DNA of 63,111 bases, filler included, from Octopus bimaculoides (GCF_001194135.2; 5 parts of 5 records of this genome joined end to end with filler, not necessarily neighbours in it), one strand, 5' to 3'. Positions 37,903 to 51,493 are shown, counted from the whole stretch's first letter. The notes: generated by a model not told the origin, from the letters alone. A program made the numbers and translations.

Positions 37903-38432
37903 CACATGGCTGTGCGGTAAGTAGCTTGCTTACCAACCACATGGTTCCTGGTTCAGTCTCACTGTGTTGTAGTTTGAGCAAGAATCTTCTACTATAGCCT
38001 TGGTCTGACGAAAGTCTTGTGAATAGATTTGGTACATGAAAACTGAAAGAAGCCCATCGTATATATATATATATCTGTGTGTGTTGGGGGTCTCTGTATC
38101 TGTTTGCCCCCACCCCGTTACCTGACAAACAGTACTGGTGTGTTTACATCCTTGTAACATAGCAGCTCAGCAAAAGGAGACTGATACAATAAGCACCAAG
38201 CTTTAAAAGCGTACTGGGGTCGATTTGTTTGACTAAAACAAATAAAAGAATAAATGAAAAGAATATGAGTGTGCATCCACACACACACACACACACAACA
38301 AGCTTGTTTCAGTTTCAAATCCAAAGACTATAACTGAAGACACTTGCCCAGGATGCCATTGCAGTGGGACTGAACCAAGAACCATGTGTTTGGGGAAACA
38401 AACTTCTTCCCACACAGCCACATCAGTGCCTA
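37903..38432. mobile_element. SINE family A copy (+, 37903-38255) and an inverted head (-, 38290-38432)
   Basis: TGGCTGTGCGGTAAGTAGCTTGC head on +; GACACTTGCCCAGG...GGGACTGAACC on -. Confidence 0.8.
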
Positions 38433-38561
38433 TATGAATCAACTAAATCCTTCGTCGACAATACAATGACTGAAACCTGTAAAATATTGAAGAAATGATA
38501 GAGTTTTTCTTTTAAAGCGTGTTTTGTAGGTTATTTAATCTTACCAACATCCGTGAAGCTG

Positions 38562-38564
<3 letters not shown>

Positions 38565-38607
<43 letters not shown>

Positions 38608-39047
38608 TTCACTCATCTTGTCAGTGGCATGTCAGTATTTTTAGAATAAACAATCAATCAGTCTGTCAATACAATGGCATTCTCTAGAAATTTCTGTTTT
38701 AGTCAGTCAATAAAATTCAATAAAATTGTTCTTCGCAAGCAACACACCCTGTTGTTTAAAATAAATATGTATTACTGAAATTGTTTTTGATGTGTTTTTT
38801 TTTTTTTCGGAAAAATGTTTACAACACTCCATCTGTTGGAGAACCCAATTATTTCTTCTTCTTCTTCTTCTTCTTCTTCTTCTTCTTCTTCTTCTTCTTC
38901 TTCTTCTCCTTCTTCTTCTTCACCACCACCATTACTTCTCTCCTTCTGCTTTCCCTCCTCTTCATTATCACTGGCACATTTACATGCATACACACTTAAA
39001 AATCTCTTTTCAGCTCTCTCTCACATACACTTACAGTTCTTCAGATT

Positions 39048-39086
<39 letters not shown>

Positions 39087-39888
39087 TGTATGTAATTATT
39101 TATAGTCATCTATACTTTTTCCTCCAATCTAATTTATCCTACTTGATTTAATTACATTTATCCACTTTACTTTATCATATTAATTAATTAATTAATTTAT
39201 CTACTTTTAATTAGTATTTATTGTAAATATTTCCTATCCTAGCCTCTGGTTTCAATTCTCCACCCACCAGATAAATGTATTTGTAAATCAAGTTATACTT
39301 GACATTTAACTGTACTAAGATTATATTAAAAATTATTTTTCAAATTATAATGTTAAGTTTATCAGCTGCATATTTGAAATCTACTTAACTCTAACTGAAA
39401 AGCAAATCACATCAGTTTGAAGACAACAAGGTTGTTTACAGGCTAGAAATGTCAGCTAAATTTCTTCACCCTATCCCTTGCATTCTCTTAGGCAAAGAAA
39501 GGCTATATTAGATAATATAGGCTACATTCCCTTGAAAACTGTAAGGATCACCATGGAGGGAATGTTTTTGGTTATAAGACTTGTACATTCAACATTGATC
39601 TTTGGGGATGAAGACTGAAAAGTCACATCTAATACAATTTATTTTACTGAAATTCAAGGTTTCTGCTTTGTCCTGAAATTATTTTCTCATATACCACTAA
39701 TTTCCTCACATTACCTTCCTTTCTCTGATACCTTGCATGAGTGATTTACCTTCACTACATGTCTACATCTCCCCTCAGTATTAGCAGATAAATCTTTGCT
39801 CAAATTCTTTTCACACTTTTGGTTTAATCTATACTTTCTTCCTCTTAGCTACTCTTTGTTTTTCTCTTCTCTCTCCCTCACACATACA

Positions 39889-39960
<72 letters not shown>
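38565..39960. repeat. Simple repeats: poly-T (~38565-38605), (TTC)n (38853-38919), (CA)n (39055-39083 and 39880-39960)
   Basis: Runs seen directly. Confidence 0.9.
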
Positions 39961-39965
<5 letters not shown>

Positions 39966-40075
39966 TTCAATTGCAATGATCTCATTTAGATACATCTCTT
40001 TCATGAATTTATGCTATACTTGTATAATACACTCATTCAGACCACCTGTTTTATGCATTGTATCTTTCACTTGCT

Positions 40076-40465
40076 GTGGAGACACAATGGCCCAGTGGTT
40101 AGGGCAGCAGACTCGTGGTCATAGGATCGCAGTTTCGATTCCCAGAACAGGCGTTGTGAGTGTTTATTGAGCAAAAACACCTAAAGCCCCACGAGGCTCC
40201 GGCAGGGGATGGTGGAGAACCCTGCTGTACTCTTTCACCACAACTTTCTCTCACTCTTACTTCCTGTTTCTGTTGTGCCTGTAATTCAAAGGGTCAGCCT
40301 TGTCACACTGTGTCCCACTGAATATCCATGAGAACGACGCTAGGGATACATGTGTCTGTGGAGTGCTCAGCCACTTGCACATTAATTTCATGAACAGGCT
40401 GTTCCGTTGATCGGATCAACTGGAACCCTCGACGTCGTAAGTGACGGAGTACCAACAACAACAAC
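40076..40465 (+). mobile_element. SINE family C
   Basis: GTGGAGACACAATGGCCCAGTGGTTAGGGCAGC...GTTTCGATTCCC head and (CAA)n tail; inverse orientation to 25510-25905. Confidence 0.9.
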
Positions 40466-41459
40466 AATTCTTCACTTGCTGTATGAGAAACCAAAAGTCT
40501 TTTACTCTGTCAAATGTTCTGCTTATTTATTCACCTTATTTTGAGTTAATCATGCATTATCTCATAGCTTTTAGATTTCAATGATGTGGTTATTTTTTAG
40601 AATATCATAATGTGGGCAAGTGTGGGAGGCCAGATCTGGCCAGTTTTAACATAGAAACTGATTGAATATTTGGACTTGATATGGTTAGTTTAAATGTTAA
40701 AAAGTTCAAAAGTCTTTCTGCCTTTTTGTATGGCAGTAGTGTGGGACATAACTCAGATTTCATTTGAAGAAATTATCTTCTTTTGCTTACAGGAGTTTGT
40801 AAGAGGTAAAGAAAAAAAGTGAAGAAACAATGCAATTATATTTACTTCCTTCATTGCTTTTCTCTATTTCTTAACTTTCTTTCATCTAGCAAAGCCTCTT
40901 CTAAATGATTGCAGATAGTTTCTTGATGAATATCTGAGTTGTCCCCCTTTTCACTACCATTCAAAAATCATAAGGCTTTTTTAAAAATAACTTCTGGTTC
41001 TTTACTATGTGAGAGAGAGAGAGAAGAGAGGAGAGGAGGCGAGAGAGAGAGAGAGAGAGAGTGTGTGTATAAAATAAGTGGCCTACATAATTGTATTATG
41101 CAACTGTAGCTTAATTTCACAAAACTGACTGAACCCATCTTAACTTCTGACTGAATATCACATGAAGATATTACAATAAAGCCACCTCCTTTCATTAAAA
41201 GAGATTGGCAAATGTGGTTCATATGATAGCACTAGCAGAAATGAATGGTTAAAAGGATAAAAGATGTGACTAGTTACCAGTTACGTACCCATTACTTTTT
41301 CAGTATTTCCCCTGCAATTTAGGATTATAATAACTATTATGTAATTCTGGGTTTCCTAAAACAGCTGATGAGACATATGCTAACACACATAAAGTGAGAC
41401 AGAGAGAGAATGAGAAAAACATTACAACATTTAATGTCAAATAAGTCAGTATTGACTCA

Positions 41460-42460
41460 GTGGTGCCAAATAGGAAGTGCCAAATGGGCAGTGCCAAATG
41501 GGCAGTACCAAATGGGCAGTGCCAAATGGGCAGTGCCAAAATGGCTAAGCCAAGATATCTCATATTCTTGACAAAAACTCTCATTGGTGGCTGAGTGTGA
41601 TATGATTTACCAACATCTTGTAAAATTCATCATGGGTAATCACATTACAGTAAATACATCACCATATTTTCTTCAGAAATATATCATTGATAAATTCATT
41701 GCCATGCCAAATACATCATGAATATATTAGTTTGCTTTTTATTCACTGAATAAACACACCACTAAGCCTTATTTCAACTTTTAATTCACAGTTTAAACTC
41801 AGTACATTTTAATAACGAGTGGAAAGAAATTCAAGAGCAAAAAACAAAAAATTAATTTCCAGTTTATTCATAAAAAGTCAAGCAAGCAAATGAAATTTAC
41901 TTTTAAAAATACAATCGCAAAATAATTCAGTAAAATAATATTATTTGAAACTGAAAGATGAAACACTATAAAAAGATAAATTATGAGCAACACCTCTTAA
42001 ATAATCCAGTGTTTCAAGATTTTCATATTCTTGATGATGTTTTGAATTCTTACTGCAACATCATTATATTTCTTTGTTCAGTATGAATTTTCAGTGTCAT
42101 TGATAAAGTGCTTGATTTTTAGTTTATTTCTCCATTGTTCTGTTTACAAAATTTCTAAAAATTTCCAGATCATAAGATGCAAACATTTTTATCTTTGAAA
42201 TATATTTTTTTTTTTAATCTTTGTTAATGAAATGTGATATATTTACTCTGCAAATAAAACTTTCAGTAATGTTTAGCAATATATTTACTCTGTGGATAAA
42301 TAGCATGATGATGAATTTACTGACAACATATTTGGCATGACGATGAATTTACCGAGGGTGTATTTGGCATGACGATGAATTTACCAATGATGTATTGGTT
42401 CGTGATGTAATTGCTTTGCAATGAAATTATCAGGCGATGAAATTACAAGGAAGATATTAA
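41460..42460. mobile_element. Unclassified TIR/fold-back element relic with subterminal tandem repeats
   Basis: About five 14-bp GTGCCAAATGGGCA units (41462-41540); ~31-bp TATTTGGCATGACGATGAATTTACC units (42295-42396); inverted match 41678-41717 vs 42357-42396 (35/40). Confidence 0.5.
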
Positions 42461-43189
42461 TTACCTGTAGTGAACCCTGCTCACCTTCTCAAACCAATTT
42501 ATAAAACAAAAACAAAAAAAACTTCACAATTTACATGTTCGGGAATAATGTTTTGTTTTTGTTTTTCTTTTATTTATTTTCTCCTAGATCTTTCTATTAG
42601 TGAGACATATATCATTTTCTCTATACTAAATATTGAATGAAATTGAAATACTGATTGAAATATATGAGGATCTTTTCAACTATTTTTAATCATAAGCATT
42701 TAAAACTTGCTTAACCCTTTCATTGCCATATTTGTAATGAAATACACAGTTCTTTTTAACAGCTTAATCAAAAATGAAGGACAGTGCTATATGACACGTT
42801 TCAGTACCTCTAAGACTAGTGATAGGAAGGTGGGTTCTGAGCTATCATTTGAGTTGAAATCTAACCTACTAAAGATGGTGATATTAAGCCAGTTGATGGA
42901 TTAAGTAAACAGTATGAGAACAGGTGTTGTCCTTCTGACAAGCTTCCACAGTTTCTATGTACTAAGTTTCATTTATAAGACTTTGATTCTACCTGGGGTT
43001 ATTAGTAGAATACACTTGCTCAAAGTGATGTGCAGTAGGATCAGATAACGAAATCATGTAGTAATGGAGCAATGTCTTAACTACACATTCAGAAGCTGTC
43101 TTAGCTGAGCTGGTATCAAAATAGCTGAATGGTATATTATGTTGCATTTGGTAGAATTTTTTGGTGATGCATTTCTTAATAACGATGAT

Positions 43190-43679
43190 AATAATCCTTT
43201 CTACTATAGGCACAAGGCCTGAAATATGTGGGAGGGGGACAGTCAATTACATCGACCCCAGTATTTCACTGGTACTTAATTTATTGAGCCTGAAAGGATG
43301 AAAGGCAAAGTCGACCTCGGCAAAATTTGAACTAAGAATGTAGCGGCAGACAAAATACCACTAAGCATTTTGCTTGGTGTGCTAACAACTCTGCTAGCTC
43401 ACTACCTTTGATAATGATAATAATAATAATGATGATAATGATCATGATTTCAAATTTTTTTCACAAGGGCAGCTTGGGGAAGGGGGTAATATCGATTACA
43501 TTGACTCCAGTGCGTAACTGGTACTTATTTAATCGACCCCGGAATAATGAAAGGTAAAATCGACCTTGGTGGAATTTGAACTCAGAATGTAGTGGTAGAC
43601 GAAATACCTCCAAGCATTTCACCTGGCATGCTAATGATTCTGCCAGCTCCCACCTATGATGATTATAATAATAATAATG

Positions 43680-43735
<56 letters not shown>

Positions 43736-44160
43736 CCTTTCTATTATAGGCACAAGGCCTGAAATTTGGGGAAGGGGACTAGTCAATTACATCGACCCCA
43801 GTGTTTCACTGGTGCTTAATTTATTGACCCTGCAAGGATGAAAGGCAAAGTCGGCCTTGGCGGAATTGAACTCAAAATGTAGTGGCAGATGAAATGTAAT
43901 ATGGCTAAGCATTTCACCCACCATGCTGATGATTCTGCCAGCTCACTGCCTATAATAATAAAAATAATAATGATATTAATAATAATAATAATAATAATAG
44001 GAAATACTGCTAAGCATTTTGCCCAGCAAGCTTACAATTCTAAATAATTGGATTCCTCATATAGGCACAAGGCCAGAAATTTGTCGAGAAAGAAGAGTTA
44101 ATTATATTGGTCCTCAGCATCTGAGTGACACTTTATTTTAACCCTGGAAGGATAAAAGAG
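43190..44160 (-). mobile_element. Head-to-tail cluster of SINE family B (3 full, 2 partial) separated by (TAA)n
   Basis: Units at ~43191-43410, 43446-43655 and 43731-43952, plus fragments to 44160. Confidence 0.9.
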
Positions 44161-45502
44161 TTGATAAAATAAAGGGATGTAATCAAATCCCATGCGATAT
44201 TTCATCTGATGCTCCAATGATCCTGAAAATTAAATTTAGCCTTTTTTTATGCTAAATAAGATTTTATTAATATTTGTTTTCATTTTTAAATGGCATTACT
44301 GATTTCATTCAATTCATTTTTTTAGACTGTATTTCTTTCAATAAGATGAAATTTTTTACTATATAGGTGCAGGTAAGGCTTTGTTGCTAAAAAGCCTGCT
44401 TTGCAATCATGTGATCCAGGGTTCAGTCTCACAACACAGCTCCTTTGACTATAGTCCTCTTCTTATTGTCTTGAATTAATCATGCATTATCTTGGACTTT
44501 GAGATTTCAATGATGTGATCATTGATTTTTAGAATGGCATTGTAGGGTAGGTATGAGAGGCCTGATATGGTTAGTTTGAACATTAAACAGGTAGAATATT
44601 AAGGCTGGATATGGCCTGTTTGAATGCTAAAGAGTTACAGGTCCAGCAAAAGAGAAAGATAAAACAAGTGCCAAACTGAAAAAATAAGTACTGGGATCAA
44701 GCTGTTCAACTAGAAGCCCCAGCTTGGCCATAGTCTTATGACTGAAAGAAGTACAAGATAAAATATATATTAGTTAAGTGTGCTTGTCATGTAGCATATA
44801 AGAGCTCCCAGACTCAGTGAACATGATAAAGATTATTGTAGCTGAGTAGTTAGAGTCTGGTACTCCTGACTGATGCCAAATGCCAGCTGACAAAATATTA
44901 CTGTTGATTATCTGATGGGGTCCCTCTATTCAGTTACCTGTCCAGCAAGAAATAGCTGCTAAATCTTCCTCAAATCACACCCTACCATCTTAAAAAAAGT
45001 AACAGACAATATAGTTCCTTCCTTCTTGTTTACAAACTAAACAAGCTTACTACTCTGCCCCAAATTGCTAGAAATAACAACCAAATCTCCCTCAAACCTT
45101 CCTTTAATTGGTGCTATGCCTTTGTTATTGAATTTTTGTAAGAAAATACAAATTGGTCACATGTTGCCTTCCTTCAGTTATGTCTTACAAGACACCATAT
45201 TGTTGGGTAGATTTAGATACGTTTGCCACATAGCTTTGACACTCAGAAAATAAAGTACCAGATCGAATACTGTAAGTCACTTTCTCCAGTGCTCTAACAA
45301 TTCTACCAGTCCAACCTTCTGTATTGGTAGTTTATTCTATTTACTTTGGATGGATGAAAGATATTGTTGACCTCAACAAAATTTGAATACAGAACGGGAA
45401 GATCTCGAGTAAATACCATTAAGACATTTTGTCCACTACTCTGACATGTCTACCAACTGAAAAGAATGTAGTGCCTACTCAAATACTATTGATGAACAAG
45501 TG

Positions 45503-45894
45503 TTCTGCTGTCATCGTTATAGTTAAACGTACTGACAAGTGATCCCCCAAACAAATCTGATAAATGAATCACATGATTGTACAATTGACATGAAGAAGGA
45601 TAGGCAATCTTATGAATGATATTCAACAAACTGAACAAGAATAGACATCTACTCTGACAGAATATATATTATTAACAGAAAGCATTGTAATTTCTTCTGA
45701 ACTCTCATACATTACCAGCTCAGTATGATGCCAAACACCATTATTGAGGGAATGCTGTCTTCTTTGTTAGCATTGATTCTATTTGTTGTGATCTTGAACA
45801 AAGATCTGAGGCACTGTGTTAGATTGTGCTTTCTTTGGATTTCTTTGGTTGATTAGTAATTTAAGTATTAAGATATCTCAGAATTTGAATAATG
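45503..45894 (+). mobile_element. Isolated internal fragment of the hAT transposase gene, flanked by a 14-bp direct repeat
   Basis: Reverse complement of ~47030-47420. TTGATGAACAAGTG occurs at 45489-45502 and 45895-45908. Confidence 0.8.
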
Positions 45895-46679
45895 TTGATG
45901 AACAAGTGAATGAGACTATATGTGGTCACCTAAACTGCTAGATATAGCAACCAGATTTCTATCAAATATTATACCCTACAATGTTGTAAAAGGAAGAACA
46001 ATGTAATTACTGATATATGAAAAGGATGGACATTGCAGTCAGAACTAACCAAGAACTTAACAGCAACAACAATAGTACTCTTACTGCTAATTAGCCAACG
46101 AGTAGACTCTATGTAGTCACCTGATTTGCTAAAAATAGCAACCATTACTGCATAAAACCATGCCCAACTATCTTAAAAAAGACACATAATGTAATGTGAG
46201 ATATACTGTATCTAAAAGACAATATACAAGATGGTTATGGAATGACTGGAATACCTTATGTTAATCATAGGTGTGCTTAATTAAGAGTTACCTGGAGTTA
46301 AACAACATCAACCATACTGTTAATATTGTGTATTTCTGTTTAAAAAATGCTATATATTTTCCAAGTGCAGAGATCCATAGAGTTAACATAAAGATAGTAT
46401 GTATGATTAAGGCCCATAGATAAACTGAAATCCAGGCCAATTTTGATGTCAGGGAGCCTTCAAACCAAGTTAAGCAAAAATGATTACTTATGACTAACTG
46501 CCATTATTTTCTAGAAATATCTTCATAACTGATAACTGGTTTAGTAAATATGTAGGTGGCATAGCAAATTCCTATAAATTTATGTTTTTTTTTCTCTCAT
46601 TTCATTTTCTGATAAATTCATTACTTTTTCTTTTCAAAAAAGAAAAAAAATTATCATTATTATTTTACAGGTGTTTTAT

Positions 46680-48960
46680 GAGATTTTCATGATGCAAGAT
46701 CCTTGATAAAAGACGAAAAGTCTAGTTGGCATCAAATATCACAACGTTCTTGTCCCATAGCTGAAGGATGGTTATTCTTAACCTGCTTCAACACATCCAA
46801 ACTTCTTCCATTATCTTGAAGCAGCAGATTCTAGTAAACATATAAAAGTTTTCAATGCAATCATAATACTTGGAAATTCTCCAGCCAATCCCAAAGTTAG
46901 AATCTCTTGCAGCTATTCCTTCTACTTGTGATCCAATTTAAAGTTTATTGAAATATTCCTTTAAGAAATAGAATCTCATCTATAAAATCTTTTGATAACT
47001 CTTTGTGATACTGTTACTGAAATTGTTCAAATGCTGAAAGAAGATCTTAATACTTAAATTACTGATCTACCAAAGAAATCCAAAGAAAGCACAATCTTAC
47101 ACAGTGTCTTAAATCTTTGTTCAAGACCACAGCAAATAGAACCAAGTCTAACAAAGAAGACAACATTCACTCAATAATGGTGTTTGGCATCAGACTGAGC
47201 TGGTAATGTATGAGAGTTCAGAAGAAATTACAACGCTTTCTGCTAATAATATGTATTCTGTCAGGGTGGATGTCCATTGTTCTTCAATTTGTTGAATGTC
47301 ATTCATAAGATTTCTTATACTTCTTCATCTCAAGTATACAATCATGTGATTCATTTATCAGATTTGTTTGGTGGATCAATCAACAGTACGTTTAACTATA
47401 AAGATGACAGCAGAACATTTTGAAATGTAGAAGACTGTTTAGTTCAGTTTAAGCTTGTGCTGTAAGATTTAGTTGTTCAATCCCAGTTAAAGTCTTTTCT
47501 CACAAAATGTAAATGTTGATATCTGCAGAGTATCTAGTCTTGGATATTCTATACAAAGAAACAATAAGATGTAGCTTTAGAATCTCCCACCTTTGTGCAC
47601 TGTTGCTGAAAACATTGTGTTTGTTGAATTTTCTCCAAAGTAAATAACTACTTCCTTGCATGACTTGACACAGTCAATGCCAATGTGATTTAGTGTATTG
47701 GTTTCTCCAGCTAGAATAAATGCAGTTTGACTTAAGCTCCCATAAAACTGCTTTGCTCTCCATTACACCTTCTATACATATTTGATCCATTATCCATAGA
47801 CTTGTCAAATGTAAACTTGAAAATCCAACATAAAATCTTTCTAAAGTGGTTAGCATTCAAAAGAGAATTTCCTTTGAGAAACTATCAAATTAAAATAAAT
47901 TGTTCTTCAAATGAAAATGCTGAACTATCTACAACTTTAGACCAGTAAATAATTAGAACAGTTTACAATATCGGTGAGTAATGTGGAGTGGCATTAACAA
48001 TGAATAATATTTTGCATTTTGAATCTCTTCAAGGATTTTCATTTGCACAAATTCTCTCCAGAGCTTAATGAATCCATTTTCAGTATGTGTAAAGAGATAA
48101 TAGATTTTCTTATGACTCTTGCATGTATATGACATGTTCTGCTGATAAAAATTGGTCATATTTGCTGAGAATTTCAATTATAGCAGTAAAGTTTACATTC
48201 TTACAGTCAGTAATATGTTGAATGGAAAAGGAAAAGCTAATCCAAGCTTATACAGAAATAAATTAATAATTAGAAATCTCCCAAGTAGTTGTTTCTAGTT
48301 ATTTCCTTCTGTATTTAACTCACTTTACAATAAATAATTAATTGATCATCTAGCCGATGATACCTTAGTGGTTAATTTCCATTCTTTGTAATTTTCTTTG
48401 AATTCACCAGAGACAATCTTTGATCTTTCAAATTCTTCCAATCTTGACTAAGATTCTATCCAGGATGATTTGAGATTATTGATCCACTAATTTTTTTTTT
48501 GTTTGTTTATAACGATGCATGATGCAATAGTACAAAACCTACTTTCCAACATTCCAGCATATCTAGTCTCTTGAATAAGCTTCACCATATGGAAGATACT
48601 TTTTCGTCAACTGATATATGATGCAAAAGAAAGATTATCAGCATTCTGAGGAGTATTATTTGATATTTATTTGAAGAAAATATTGCATTTGGTCTGTATT
48701 GAGTTTTATCAATAATTCCACTGCCAAGTGCAGCCACAGCAAGAATTTATGCATCACTGCAATTTCTGTCCATGTGGTATTTTAACAGGGACTGCGACAT
48801 CAGTGATGTCTATAACTGACTCCACCTCCTGTTTGTCTTGTTGTTAGACTTACAAGTCTGGATAACACTCCATCCTCTATGGTTGTCTTAGACATAAAGA
48901 TATTTGTAGAGGAGTTAGAATTACTGAATTCGTCTATAATTTTCTTCATCTTTTATTTGC
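46680..48960 (-). pseudogene. hAT transposase relic (Tip100/ZMYM-DUF4371-like)
   Basis: Minus strand: FIKLWREFVQMKILEEIQNAKYYSLL, ERFYVGFSS, NLMNDIQQIEEQW, and the dimerisation-domain echo EFPSIMIALKTF...VLKQVKNN.PSAMGQER. Many stops; TIRs not found. Confidence 0.8.
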
Positions 48961-49081
48961 CCCACTTTTCAACTTCTTCGATGTGCACATTGTTATTTAC
49001 AAAACAAAACGAGTAGGATTATTTTCTCTTCTTTTCTTTCTTTCTCTTTTTTTGTTGTTGTTGCTAGTAACCATATAAGTG

Positions 49082-49515
49082 TAGATGTGGCTGTGCAGTA
49101 AGAAGTTTGCATCCCAACCACATAGCTTCAGGTTCAGTACCACTGCACAGCACTTGGGGCAAATGTTTTCCATTATTGCGCTGGGCCAACCAAAGTTTTG
49201 TGAATGGATTTGGTTGATGGAAACTGAAAGAAGCTCATCATAAGTATATATATATCTAGATATGTGTATGTTACTGTGTCCTTGATTTGACATCATGTGA
49301 TAGTTATAGGTGAGTGTTACCATCATTCAAATGGTGGTGTTCTTCATTTCCAATCTTCTGAGACATGCCTAGTCATGGGGAAATATTACCTTACTTCGAA
49401 ACAGATGAGGGCTGGCGACAGAAAGAACAACATCCAGCTGTGAAAAATCTGCCTCAACAAATTCTGTCCAATCCATGTAAGCATGGAGAAGTGAATATTA
49501 AAACAATGATGATGG
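49082..49515 (+). mobile_element. SINE with a family A head and an RTE-derived 3' tail
   Basis: TGGCTGTGCAGTAAGAAG head; the tail CATCCAGCTGTGAAAAATCTGCC...TCCAATCCATGTAAGCATGG...TAAAACAATGATGATG resembles the RTE 3' end at 8200-8345. Confidence 0.75.
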
Positions 49516-50224
49516 TATATTTAAAAAAAGAGAAATGGTTTTCTTTTTTTTTTAAGTGGAATAAATATTGTAAAGAAAGATTTTTTTTTTGCTGTGACAT
49601 ATAAAAGTCTTCACTTTGTGAAAAAAAATCAGTTAATTGATTAATAATCAGTTATGAAAATTTCAGACAATTATTAATTGATTACATATTTTCAAATTAA
49701 TTTTAAGCCCGAATGCTAATGTTCACAAGTTAAATTTTTGTAACATCATGCAGTAGACAAGATCATGGCACAAACAGAATCTATAGCAAACATGTCTATA
49801 GACAAGTGAAAAAGTTAGTGGTTAAATATTCTTCCAATCTAGACATGCTTTTGATATGACTGAGGTAATCATGATGTTTCTGCTTCTAACTCATCCAAGG
49901 GAGAGACTGGCTATTTGAATTTTATCATTTTGAAGTCAAAATGGTTGCTACGTAACAAAGTACTAATTAATTCAAATACAATACAAGACAAAAGATGGAA
50001 AACAAGAATGTCCCCTGCCACAAAATATGATTGAATTTTAAGTTGAATATAGTATTGAGGTCCCTTTGAAGTTTAAGAACATGCCAAATGATCCTTTCGC
50101 TTCCCCTCCTGGCTGGAAACTTACTACTACATGGTACCTCACAAATCTATCATCTCTTGACTTAGAAGTAACATTAAAGAACAACAAATACAACCAAAGT
50201 TCTCACCCAAAGACATGAAAACAA

Positions 50225-50284
<60 letters not shown>

Positions 50285-50358
50285 NNNNNNNNNNNNNNNN
50301 NNNNNNNNNNNNTCTATCTCTCTATCTATCTCCCTATCTATCTCTCTCTGATTGCACA

Positions 50359-50404
<46 letters not shown>

Positions 50405-51024
50405 ACTTGTACACACACATGCACGCGAAATTAAGTATCATACTTCCAGAATGTTGACAGCATACAAAGAAAAATTTGTCAAATAAGCTAGCAAAACAAT
50501 GTATTTGTTGTGTCCTGGTTTTGACCAGTTTTGACTGGGCTCTTAATCCACAACAATTACAAAGAACATAGAATAACGAATTGTATATTATGAGGGTCTG
50601 CAAAGAAACCCCTGCACATTGAAACATAGACTAGGGTTAGTCAAGGTCTATTGAGTGAAATTTTGTTGAAGGTAACTGTGTTGAAACCCTTTAAAGTAAC
50701 TGATCTTGTTCAGCAGGCTATAGACTTAACCCATCATTCAGTTCAAACACCACTATTTGGCTCTGAAGTGTTTTTCTGTTGTGAAAATTCAGGCTGAGTT
50801 TGAATGTTTGCTCCTTCCATCGCATCAGTCTTGGAATTCTTCAAGAGCTCATGGTTATGGTGCTTCCTCCTGTAATTAAGCCTTTAAAAAAATACACGAC
50901 ATAAAAGCCCACCTGAACATGTGAAAAGTGCAATTTAAAGCTAAGCTACAGCAAACTTCAACCCATGGAGATGTTGCTAATGTGTGTTCAGCTTCACTCT
51001 GACACCCAGCCACATTATATTGGT

Positions 51025-51396
51025 TTCAAATTTTAGCACAAGGCCAGTAAGTTTTTTTTTTTTTTGGTGGGTGTTGGAGGGGTTAAGTTGATTACATCAA
51101 TCCCAGTGTCTAACAGGTACTTATTTTATCGACCTTGAGAGGATGAAAGGCAAAGTCAACCTTGGCAGAATTTGAACTCAGAACATAAAGTTAGATGAAA
51201 TGACACTAAGCATTTTGCCCTGTGCGCTAACAATTCTGCCAGCTCGCCACCTTATCCCCCAGTCACAACCTGAATTAAGGGGATGTAAGCAAACCAACAC
51301 CAGTTGTCAAGTGATGATGGGGGACTGACATGAAGACATACACATTGGTTTATATATTTTATTTATGTATATACACTCACACACACAAACACACAC

Positions 51397-51493
<97 letters not shown>

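Noticed and set aside
42295-42400. CRISPR-like repeat array (also 41462-41540)
   Set aside because: Near-contiguous tandem units without unique spacers, no cas genes, and a eukaryotic context.
42712-42904. piggyBac-like MITE (TTAACCC...GGATTAA); related fragments at ~40490-40705 and ~44455-44640
   Set aside because: The termini are too degenerate to call confidently.
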